Shown one piece after another: positions 23,783 to 36,245 of a stretch of 64,000 nt of DNA (its first letter is position 1; the number at the start of each line of letters is the position of its first letter). The stretch is from Chrysemys picta bellii. Its lineage: Eukaryota. Below the pieces are notes generated by a model. The model was not told the DNA's origin. It ran no database searches and saw nothing but the letters and a program-made list of their open reading frames with translations. The translations under genes were made by a program, and so were the position numbers. The DNA is taken from NCBI RefSeq assembly GCF_011386835.1, contig NC_088792.1, positions 136,896,001-136,960,000 of the forward strand, read 5' to 3'.

Positions 23783-24187
23783 CTTTTAAGTTGAAGAGTT
23801 TTGGAATGCTTCTGAGATTTCTTTATCTTCCAGAATGAAACAAGAACCTCGGTTGTCTCTTTATCGTAGGGAAGACTTGTGTGGGTAAAGGCTAAGGAAT
23901 TAAGCAGATGCAGCGTGGCTTACAAGAATTACTCTTTAATTTTAACTTTCACCCCTAGTTATTTCTATAATGTCATTGAGTTAATTCATAATGCCAGCCT
24001 ATTAAGTGGTGAGGTGGGAAATCTCTTTAAGAAGAAAAAATTACTTGCTGCTTTAAAGGCCAACACTAAGGGATTGGCCACTTCTGAATAATTTTTAACT
24101 AAACACACTCACTGTTATGTTTTCACTTTCATAGAATAGTTTTTTTTAAAAAGTCTGTCAATAAACTTTTTTGATCAAATTGTAGAG

Positions 24188-24380
24188 TGGGGGTTTTCAA
24201 ACTGGGGGGTCTGGACCCCTTAGGGGGTCACGAGGTTATTACGTGGGGAGTTGCGCTCCACCCTAAAATCTGCTTTCCCTCCAGCATTTATAATGGTGTT
24301 TTTTATTTATAAGGGGGGGGTCGCACTCAGAGGCTTACTATGTGAAAGGGGTCACCAGTACAAAAGTTTGAGAACCACTG
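24188..24380. mobile_element. hAT (Buster/Charlie-type) MITE
   Basis: Right TIR AGTTTGAGAACCACTG, degenerate left TIR, perfect TSD TTGTAGAG; similar to the 12948 element. Confidence 0.9.
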
Positions 24381-25698
24381 TTGTAGAGGCTTTGGCTATT
24401 TAGCACTTCCATAGAATCAAAACTGACATTCATGTATTTGTGTAAGCTTAATAAAGGGTCAGTAAGGCAAAAACAACTTGATGTACATTAAACTTAAGGT
24501 GTTCTGAACAAGTCATGTAGATGGAACCTCTTAAGGTGACTTAGTGGCTTTTTGATAAGTCCATCTTTAGTACTGGTCTCACTACTGCATTTCAGGAGTA
24601 TGTTCCTCATGCATCAGATGTTGTAAGAGATTGGTTCAGCATAGTCTGTTAGGTCTGTTTTTTGTAGGATATGGTCTTTTGTCAAGCCCTCTCCCCTCAC
24701 CTTACCTTATCTTACTTTACCTTACCTTGTTCTGAAGTAACGCTGAGTATGGAGAATTAAGTATGTGTTTACAAGATTGTATCTGCTCTCCACCGCTGTC
24801 ACTTGAAAGCACTGTAATTATGGATTACAGAAAATCTGAGTTTAACTGATTTAACAAATCAGAAACCTTGTGCAGAAAGTAAAATGAAAGCTGGAGTCAT
24901 GCCAACACTTGCTTGCTACAGTGGAGAATCACTTTAACTTTGCAGTCTGTCTCAATCCAGTGAGGGGCTGGGAAGACTCCATTGTCCAGAGGAAATGAAA
25001 GGCGGCTGTCAATTTAGGAGTCTTTTGTGCCAGTAGTGGCTAAAAGGCATCACAATTGAATGGTCTGTGAGTAGCCTTTGTGAAAAGACTTTGCTTTCTC
25101 ATTCCACTTGATAACAAGATAAATATTTCCATCCATAATTGGCAAGCCTAACATAGGCCAACAGCTGAGATGGGTGTACAGGTGCAAATACCCTCACCTC
25201 TTATTGTAGTCCCTCTATGGGGATGATCAAACTGGAAGTTCACTGTCCAGAAATACTTACCTTCTCCTTTTAGTGCTGTACTTAATTTTTGAATATGACT
25301 TCAGTTCTCACTGCCATAAAGTCTACTCCTTTCAGTCAGTGAATACGCTTATGTCATATTAAGCCTCATAATCAAAGTACCTCTGGAGGCAGACCAAAAA
25401 TTGGAGAACTAAAATTTGAAGACGACTTGGGAACTTGTGTGAAAAAGGTTGGTAACACAACTTAACTATCAATTTTCCTGGCTCTTGATTCTGCCATATT
25501 ATGCACCTTTGTTAAGGAACTATAAAAGCTCACCTAAAGTATACCTTTTACTTCTAATAGCTGGTTGTTGATATATGGTACAGGTCACTGATGTAGAGAG
25601 TGAAAAAATATAAGGAGGGAAAACAACAAAATTTTATTGCCCAATATGAGTAAGAAAGGAAGAGCTACTGGTAAAATGGCAGTATACTTACCGTAGAA

Positions 25699-27820
<2,122 letters not shown>

Positions 27821-27878
27821 ACACTGGCTACAACGTGGTTCCGCTGGTTTGGCGCACAAATACCTTTTCTTCTGCCAC

Positions 27879-28265
27879 CAGGGCCGTCCCTAGGGAGGTA
27901 CCCCATGAGGGAAAAATTAGCCTGGACCACCCCCCACGTACAGCGTGGCCTTGGCTCACTCTGCCCTTCATGCCACCCAACTTCCCCAGTCTGCCAAGGA
28001 CAGGGGTCCCAGCTGCCGCCCTGCTCACCACAGGGCTCAGGGTGATGGCGCTGCGCCAGGGTCTGGGCTGCCGGCTCCGCACTCCGTGGGGCTCAGGCTG
28101 CTGGACCCCGTTGACCAAGGCTCGGGCTGCCCTCTCACTGCTCCACTGAGCTCGGACTACTGGGGCTTGGGCTGCTGGCCCCATGCTGACCGCAGGGGCT
28201 TGGGCTGCCGGCCCCCACTCTCATGGGGGCAAGGCTCGGGCTGCTAGCCTCAACTGCCCAGCCCC
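27879..28265. mobile_element. partial GC-rich hAT-like element (one end only)
   Basis: Starts CAGGGCCGTCCCTAGGG; interior has repeated GGCTYRGGCTGC motifs; no matching opposite TIR. Confidence 0.45.
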
Positions 28266-28620
28266 GCTTTCTATGAGGGTCAGAGAGACTGTGTTTTGGG
28301 GGATTGAGAGTGTGTCAGCACACTGTCTTGTAAATTCAGACAGCGTCAGGAAGCAACCAGTCCTGGGGGAGGAGGAAACCCCAACATCAGCCCCTCCCCA
28401 GCTCTCTGCACAGCAATATCTCTCACCCACTCACTCCATAATAATGGTTTGCTTTGTGTCCCGGAGCAGATCAGCACAGCACACAAGGGCTGTCAGAAAC
28501 AGAGCTTTGAAAGGAGAGAGGCACATGCCTTCAGGGCAGCCAGCCAAGTTCAAAACAATGAGCAGAGCAGCCACTTGATTGTTACGCTTCTGGAGGCCAA
28601 TTACAGCACTGAAACCAATT

Positions 28621-28819
28621 GATGTGTTTACACTGGCAATGCAACCCAGGAGCTTCTGTGCTGTAAGCCTTAAGTCCAGGTGTGTTTTTGTTTTTGTTTT
28701 TGCAGTGCTGCAACTGAGGAGTTTCTGCGCACTAAGTGGCTTGGCAGTGTGTACACCTCAGGAGTTACGCCACAGAAAGCTGCTTTACTGCACAGTAACT
28801 TGCCAGTGTAGACAAGGCC
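28621..28819. mobile_element. Harbinger-type MITE
   Basis: TGTTTACACTGGCA ... TGCCAGTGTAGACAAGGCC inverted ends. Confidence 0.7.
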
Positions 28820-30130
28820 TCGGTGGCAGTTTCAGATGTACTTTAAAACGAGTTTCTTACTGAATAAAACGGGTGTGTCTTTTAGTTGGTACAGTATTCT
28901 TTGTGCTGTATTGTAAAAGGAACTACACTGTAATAGTCAAAAGAAATGTTTTCAGCTTGGAGTGAAAGTTGGATATTTAGCTATCAGGAAGGCATGGGAA
29001 ATAGTTTGGAATCTAACTGGGCTTTTCTGCAGAGAAGGATATTGACTCAAAATTGTCAAATCATAGATGTATCTTACAAACTGTTATACATGAAGAGGTT
29101 TTTAGCTCTCACTTTTAAACTGCTTAAAATGACATGAACTTGAAGTATATTCAGAGTCAGTTTTGGTCTACTTTGAAAGGTTTGATGGGAGAGTTATGGA
29201 AAAAATTATATGTTGTATTCGGTAACAGCTGTATATCCTTGTAGCTTTAGAGCAACCTGTCAGTATCATAAAGAACTGAAAAACCAACAGGTATGTATGA
29301 TATAAAGTGTTTTCATAGCTGATGTAATAATGTTGCCTCTACGGCACAAAAACTATTTGTTTTTTCCATTTTGCCCATAGTAGATAGCAGCCTGACTTCC
29401 TTGAAAGAAGTGGTGGGGACAAAAGGTTAAATGGGCTCTGCACAGTAACTAACCTGTGAGTGGAAAAATCAAGGTAATTATCCCTCTACAAACAAGCATA
29501 CAACTTCCTAACCAGGAAAAGCATTTCCCCTCCATTCTGTTTATTTGCAAATTGTGTTCTTGGTTGAAAAGTATTATGTGCTATTACCACTATTAGCAGC
29601 TTTTAAGATTTAATGTAAATTCGTCACCCACACACACCCTTCCCCCTTCTAGGAATTTCAGAAATGGCTGACTCTATGAAGCTGCATGAGAAAATATCCC
29701 TTACTTGAATTTCCTAAATAGATCTTTTAAATTAAAAAAGGTGATTAATTAAATGCATTAAGTCTCCCTGAGGCATCTAGGTACAAAACTAATCTGGCAA
29801 CAATACTTCAAGAAAGTGCTCAAGTTTCTGGCTTTCCACTCATTGACCATATTTAGCTCTACTGTATTGTAGAGCACATCTGGAGGGACATGAGGTACCT
29901 TTGAAATTGTACTTTATCCCAGTGGTATTGAAATGCAACTTCTGTCTCAGCCCATAACATTTTGAACAGAGTACTTTGGGAGGCTGAAGACCATCTGTAA
30001 ATGCCAATAATGTAAATGTAAACCTTGGCTTTGGCGAAGATACATTTAATGTATGAGTAATTAATAAACTAGTTTAAGTCAGATCAAACTACAGTAATAA
30101 ACTTCAGTGATGAGTTGAAAAGATCTATAG

Positions 30131-30358
30131 CAGGGTTGGACAAACGTACCTTTAAATTGTGCCCCCCACTCAGCAAGCACCAGACATCTCTGGCAGAAGC
30201 TGCTAGCCCCACCACCGCGCTGCAGGGCAGAAGCCCCGAGCTCCCCTCTCCCCCCCAGTCTGGTAGGCGAAGAATGGGGGGAGGGCATAGGAGGCTCCCC
30301 GAGCCACACTTGAACTGTAAAAGAGTTGCTGCTCACAAGCTGTAGTTTGGCCACCCCG
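30131..30358. mobile_element. hAT MITE
   Basis: TIRs CAGGGTTGGACAAAC / GTTTGGCCACCCCG; perfect TSD ATCTATAG. Confidence 0.9.
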
Positions 30359-30474
30359 ATCTATAGCAACCTGTTAGAAAAACTGAAAGTTTTAAAAGAA
30401 TCAACTACTTTTGAATGCTCTTTACAAATGACACCAACTTAACTGTTGAAAATCTTTTTGTTGAAGTGCTCCTC

Positions 30475-31375
30475 TGTCAAGGCTCCTTCCCCACTCTGAA
30501 CTTTAGGGTACAGATGTGGGGACCTGCATGAAAACTTCTAAGCTTAATTACCAGCTTAGATCTGGTCCGCTGCCACCACTCCCAATGTGCTAATTCCCTT
30601 CCCTGGGTAGCCTTGAGAGACTCTTCACCAATTCCCTGGTGAATACAGATCCAAACCCCTTGGATCTTAAAACAAGGAGAAATTAACCATCCCCCTCCTT
30701 CCTCCCACCAACTCCTGGTGGATCAAGATCCAACCCCCTTAGATCTAAAAACAAGGAGAAATTAACCATCCCCCTTCCTTTCTCCCACCAACTCCTGGTG
30801 GATCAAGATCCAACCCCCTTGGATCTAAAAACGAGGGAAATCAATCAGGTTCTTAAAAAGAAGGCTTTTAATTAAAGAAAAAGGTAAAAATCATCTCTGT
30901 AAAATCAGGATGGGAAATAACTTTACAGGGTAATCAAACTGAAACAGCCCAGAGGAACCCTCTCTAGCCTTAGGTTCAAAGTTACAGCAAACAGAGGTAA
31001 ACACCCTAGTAAAAGGTACATTTACAAGTTGAGAAAACAAAGATAAAACTAACACGCCTTGCCTGGCTGTTTACTTACAAGTTTGAAATATGAGAGGCTT
31101 GTTCAGAAAGATTTGGAGAGAATGGATTGATGTCTGGTCCCTCTGAGTCCCAAGAGCGAACAACCCCCCCAAAACAAAGAGCACAAACAAAAGCCTTCCC
31201 CCCACCAAGATTTGAAAGTATCTTGTCCCCTTATTGGTCCTTTGGGTCAGGTGTCAGCCAGGTTACCTGAGCTTCTTAACCCTTTACAGGTAAAAGGATT
31301 TTGGAGTCTCTGGCCAGGAGGGATTATAGTATGGTACACAGAAGGGCTGTTACCCTTCCCTTTATAGTTATGACA
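30475..31375. mobile_element. solo LTR (901 bp; Gypsy or ERV class)
   Basis: TGTCA...TGACA inverted termini; perfect 5-bp TSD TCCTC (30470-30474, 31376-31380); no internal coding region. Confidence 0.93.
30648..30835. repeat. 79-80 bp tandem repeat inside the solo LTR (~2.4 copies)
   Basis: gatcca..ccccttggatct.aaaacaaggagaaattaaccatcccc... units start at 30648, 30727 and 30807. Confidence 0.92.
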
Positions 31376-32027
31376 TCCTCTCAATCAGAAGTTAACTGGA
31401 AAATACTTAACTTGGTCACATATGTGGTAAAATGTTACAATCTTTGGTCTGGAGTTATTAACTCAAGTTTAGGCCTTTACTGGTTGGTTATAAGATGGAG
31501 ACAAGTGAGGATAGGAAGCAGGTTGTCCAGAGGTGAACTTTTAATGCGGGCAAGCTTCTGTGTTCAGACCACAAAGGTGGGAGACAGAATGGAGAGTTGC
31601 TTGAACTGCCAAGTGTTAATTGTACTGTCAGTTTACACTTAATGAAATTTTCAAGTTGCACAGCTTAACTTTGATCAAGATGTAGACATGTTGAATGGTC
31701 ACTTTAACACAATAAACTGTTTTCAAATGAAAAGTACTTGATGTGGTACACCACTGTCTGCAGTTTGGCAGCTCGTCCTGTGTTCATAAAGGCTGGTAAC
31801 ACCATGTCATATATATCTCAACTTGTTTTCATGATGAATATTCAGTTTTGTCACTGGATTATGGCCGGTAACATAAGCCAGTTAGTGTATGTTGGAAAAA
31901 AGCTTCAGTTTGTTCAGTACTTCTTAAAAAAACTGAAGAAGGGTGGGGATGGGGAACAAGGTTGAAATTGATTGCCAAGATGGATTTAAAACATCCGATT
32001 TCTCTGAAGTGCTTTGTGGTTGATGTG

Positions 32028-32111
32028 GAGCATGTCTACACGACAACTGCTACAGTAGCACAGCTGTGGCAGTGCGGCTGTGCCACTGTAGTGCCATAGC
32101 ATACATGTTCT
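32028..32111. mobile_element. very short Harbinger-type MITE
   Basis: GAGCATGTCTACAC ... GCATACATGTTCT degenerate inverted ends. Confidence 0.55.
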
Positions 32112-32149
32112 GTACATCAGAAGGGTAATTCTATCAACATAATTTATCC

Positions 32150-32501
32150 ATCTCTTTGAGAGGTGGTAGCGACGCCTGGGGTTAGGTTCACCTAGTGGTG
32201 ATGCTAGGGGTGCCAAATTTTTCACAGCAGTGTAAACTAGGTCGATCTAATTTGTAAGTACAGGTCTGTCGCATCTTGCGCGCATTTAACATGCGCGATT
32301 TCAGCTTTATGCGGTCGGCAAAAACAAACAAAAAAAACAACAAAAAGAGAAAAATAACCATTTTAATACTGTACCTGTAGTGCGGGCGATTCCACCCGCC
32401 ATTCAACTCAATGTAATTTTGACTATACGCGGTTTTCGCTTTACGCGCTAACCGTGGAACGGAACCCCCGTGTAAGATGAAACTCGCCTGTATAGACCAG
32501 G
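32150..32501. mobile_element. Harbinger-type MITE remnant whose right TIR is split by a nested element
   Basis: Removing 32261-32490 and one TA restores AAGTATAGACCAGGCC, the Harbinger terminal motif. Confidence 0.65.
32261..32490. mobile_element. Tc1/mariner (Tigger-like) MITE
   Basis: TA TSD on both sides; imperfect TIRs CAGGTCTGTCGCATCTTGCGC / GTGTAAGATGAAACTCGCCTG; CpG-rich. Confidence 0.85.
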
Positions 32502-32720
32502 CCTTGTTTAAAATAAAGTTGTACAGCTTGCTGATAAACTGTGTATTCGCAGCATAAGTACTAATAGCAGTGTAGTTGTGGTAGGACGGGTAGTAGCAAT
32601 GGAGGCATGGGTTAGTCATGCCAAGTATGTGCAAAACGGGGATCAGTTGGATACATACTTGATAAGAGCTAGTGCATACATACATAAGCAGGGGAATCTC
32701 AACCTTAGCTTGTAGTATAC

Positions 32721-33341
32721 CAGGGGTGGGCAAACTTTTTGGCCCAAGGGCCACATCTGGGTTTGGAAATTGCATGGCGGGCCATGAATGTTCATGAAAT
32801 TGGGGGTTGGAGTGCGAGAGGGGGTGAGGGCTCTGGGGTGTGGCCAGAAATTAGGCATTCAGGGGCTCTGGACTGGGGCAGGGGGCTGGGATGCAGAGGG
32901 GGGAGGGGGAAGAGCTCCAGCTGGGGATGCGGGCCCTGGGGTGGGGCTGAGCAGGAGGGGTTAGGGGTGCAGGAGGATGCTCTGGGCTAGGACCGAGGGG
33001 CTCAGAGGTCAGGAGGGGGAATCAGGGCTAGGGCAGACGGTTGGGGTGCAGGAGGGGGTCAGGGGTGCAGGCTCCGGGTGGCACTTACCTCAAGCAGCGA
33101 TTCCTGGCCAATGGGAGCTGCGAGGGCAGTGCTTGGGGCAGGGGCAGCGTGCGGAGCCTCCTGGCTGTCCCTAGACATAGGAGCAGGAGGGGGGAGATGC
33201 TGCTGCTTCCAGGAGTTGTGCGGAGTCACGGCATGGAGCCAGGCAAGCCCCTGCCCCCGCTCCTTGGCGGGAGCTTGAGGGCCAGATTAGAACATCTGAA
33301 GGGCCGGATGTCGCCCCCGGGCCATAGTTTGCCCACCCCTG
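32721..33341. mobile_element. hAT MITE (Charlie/MER5-like ends)
   Basis: TIRs CAGGGGTGGGCAAACT / AGTTTGCCCACCCCTG (perfect 16 bp); no recognisable TSD. Confidence 0.88.
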
Positions 33342-33983
33342 GTGTAAGTGTGCCCTGTGAGCATCAAGGTACACTGCAGGTTTTTAGGAAAGAATAACTA
33401 TTTCCCAGTACTTAGCTCTGGGATCTACAGAAAAAGAAGTCCTGTGGGAGTATCACTATCCATTGCTGTTGTGCTTTGAAGGTGATACACCACCATCTCC
33501 AAAATAACTGTTGAATACCACTGATTGAGTAACACAGCAGACACACGATCTTAATCTGTCAAAAGTCAACCAGAAGTTGGTTGGTGGACTCCTCCAGTAT
33601 AGGTGGTTTGCGACGAAGGGTCAGATATGACCATACTTTTCAGATTTCTAGTAAGAATTCACATTCACGTGTGCCAAGCATTGAGCTTTCATTTCATTGC
33701 AGTCCACAGTGCTGTGGAAAGCCTTTGTCTTTGTTTCCCATTTCTTTCTCCATTTAACGTTCTAGTAAACCAAGTTATGCCCTAGCAGTTCATTTCTGTC
33801 AGCTGTTAACTCATGAAAATTAACAAATATTCTTAGCTTATCACTGTTGGTCACCAGTCAGAGGACAGATTTTTTTAGTGGCGTCACAGAAGTACTGTAT
33901 ACAACGATTTGTTTTTCCTACTCTTTTCAAACTATAAGGGCATGTCTACACTTGGAAGTTAACATGGAGTAGCTGTTCCTGAA

Positions 33984-34986
33984 TAGGTGGGATTGATTTA
34001 AATCAAAGCATTTTTAATCACTGATTTAAATTACGATTTATCAACAAGCAGGAAACCTGAGTTTAAATGATTTTAATCTCATTTTGCATTTATACTTTTT
34101 TAGAGAGGTTGATTGGTAACAACCAAACATATTAATTTTCAATTAAATACAGCTTTTACACTAAATTTGGTACTGCTTTTTGCTAATAAGGAGGGTATTT
34201 CTATATTTACATATTTAATAATGTATGTAAGTTTAATTTACATTTATTCAGGTTATTAATTTTTACATTTTGTTAGAAAAAGGTGAATGGCTCATTTCTT
34301 AATTACTAGATTTTTTTTTTACTTGATTTGTGTCAAGCTCTATTTGGATGAAAATAAAAATGTATTTAACATACACAAAAATAGCATTTTAAATTGTTTT
34401 TATTAGTTAAATAAAACTACCTTATCTGCTTAATACATGAAAATTGATCAAAAGAAGTTTTGCATTTAAAACTAATTCCATTTATTAAACAAAGGAAGTA
34501 GTTAGTGAACTGAATTGATTTTGTTTCTGATCACCATGTTCTTCAAGATTTTAGAACTTGTAGCTCTCACCCTCTTACATCTACCTTTTATTCATAAATG
34601 GAAGAGGAGAACAAACTTTCCTGCTTTTTCAACTCCCTGTTGGTTTCCTTGCTTTGAATAAACTGAAATTAGGAAAATATTCTCTCTGCCTCACAAGTGG
34701 CTACTGTTGTCAAAAGTTGGGTTTAGCACTTCAACAAATTGGCTTAGCCAGTGGTACACTGCAATTCAACAATTCAGTGATTTGACTTCATTCAAAATTT
34801 GGCAACAAACGTGCTGCTTATCACTTTTATAATTTAATTTAAATTTAGTATAGTACAGTAAGTTTAGGCCATAACATAGACTCTCATACCATCAAATGTA
34901 ATTTTAAAAAGGTTTTTTTTAAAATTGAGTTTTTTATTTAAATTAAATGCAGGGAATTAAAAAAAAAGATATTTTTATTCACACTG
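33984..34986. mobile_element. AT-rich non-autonomous DNA transposon (probably hAT)
   Basis: Recurrent GATTTAAAT-type motifs near both ends; right end reads CAGTGTGAATAAAAAT on the minus strand; TSD not resolved. Confidence 0.5.
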
Positions 34987-35195
34987 TATTCCAAACCCCT
35001 CATCCCCCGACCTCAGAGCCCCCACCCCCAGCCGGAGCCCTCACCCCACTGCACCCCAACCCTCTGCCCGCACTGAGACCCCTTCTGCACCCCAAACCCC
35101 AGAGCTCGCACCCCTCAGCCCCCCGCACCACAACCCTCTGCCCCGGCCCTGAGCTCTACCTCTCCTAGCACAAGTATAAATCAAGAGATGTCCTG

Positions 35196-35759
35196 CTACT
35201 TTGGGGGTTCCATCCCTGTAATTTCAAAGTAAACAGCATATTTACCAGAGGTTCTTTCCCCTGCATCAGGCTCGTCTCTGCCCAACTGTCGGGACTGGCT
35301 GGATTGCAGTGGAGTCGAGCACATGTCCTGGCTCGCTGTGCATCTGGATCCCCCAGTTGCTTGTCCCCTATACTCCTTGTCCACCTCCTCCTCCTCTTTG
35401 TTCATGACAGGCGCCTGTAATTCACGGTCCTCGGAAGTATCCATTGCAATCTGGGGTGGGTGTGCGGGGAGTGTCCGTCGAGGATGACTGACAGGTCATT
35501 AGCTCAGCACCGGATCGATTGTTGGCCTCCCTAGCCTTCTGGTACGCCTGCCACAGCTTCTGGCTTTCGTGCATCCCTGCTACTGGTCCTTATTGTTGCC
35601 CTTCTCCTGCAACCCCTGAGCAATCTGTTTGTAGATGTCCACTTTTCTGTGGCAGGATCAGAGCTGCGCCTGCACAGCCTCTTCTCCCCACAGGCCCAGG
35701 AGTGCCAACACCTTCTGTGTATTCCAGTCAGGTGTGTGTCTTCAGTGTGTAGCCAGCAT
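35196..35759 (-). pseudogene. Harbinger-associated Myb/SANT-like (trihelix) DNA-binding protein pseudogene
   Basis: From the ATG at 35759: ..PDWNTQKVLALLGLWGEEAVQAQL*SCHRKVDIYKQIAQGLQEKG..., then WQAYQKAREAN after a frameshift, then an acidic linker MDTSEDRELQAPVMNKEEEEVD. Confidence 0.88.
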
Positions 35760-36170
35760 AGTCAGCTGTGCGGTTACACTCAACAGTGGAGAGCTGCTAG
35801 GTGTGCTCACCAAGTCAGGCAACCAGGAAAAGAAATTTCAAAAATTCATGGGTCTTTAAAGGGGAGGAGCTGCTTCCTGTCCACCTGACCCCTGGGCAGT
35901 AGAGCTCACAACGGTGACCAAAGTGGTCAGTGTGAGTGCCTTGAGGCCAGTAACAGTCAACATAAGTAATGCAGTATCTGCATTATCACTGTGTTGATCT
36001 GACTACATTGACTGTGACTCTGCATGGCTTGGGGAGGTGGTGTCATTAAGTCGGTGTAGCGGGGCACTTATGTTGGCAGGAGACAAATCTAAGTGAAGAT
36101 ACTTCCATAGCTAGGTCGACATAGCTAGGCTGCCTTGTGTCAACCTAATCATGTAGTGTAGACCAGGCCT

Positions 36171-36245
36171 GAGGCTCAGAAGTTTGCCCCTTCTGACAGC
36201 AGAAGTTGGTCCAATAAGATACTACCTTACCCACCTTGTATGTCT
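36171..36245 (+). mobile_element. 3' tail fragment of the second PLE family
   Basis: agaagttggtccaataagatactaccttacccaccttg matches the tail at about 7585-7624. Confidence 0.7.

Larger units (their letters stand above)
33938..36169 (-). mobile_element. composite Harbinger locus (two TIRs, Myb/SANT remnant, nested insertions)
   Basis: TAA-GGGCATGTCTACACT at the left, AGTGTAGACCAGGCC-TGA at the right, Myb/SANT ORF remnant inside. That both TIRs belong to one insertion is inferred. Confidence 0.6.

Noticed and set aside
30648-30835. Repeat array as CRISPR-like
   Set aside because: Contiguous tandem units without unique spacers, inside a eukaryotic LTR; no cas genes.
36171-36200. Idea that this PLE tail begins at the ribozyme cleavage site
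   Set aside because: Similarity extends upstream of the predicted cut into the stem II 3' strand, and the boundary abuts a Harbinger TIR instead.
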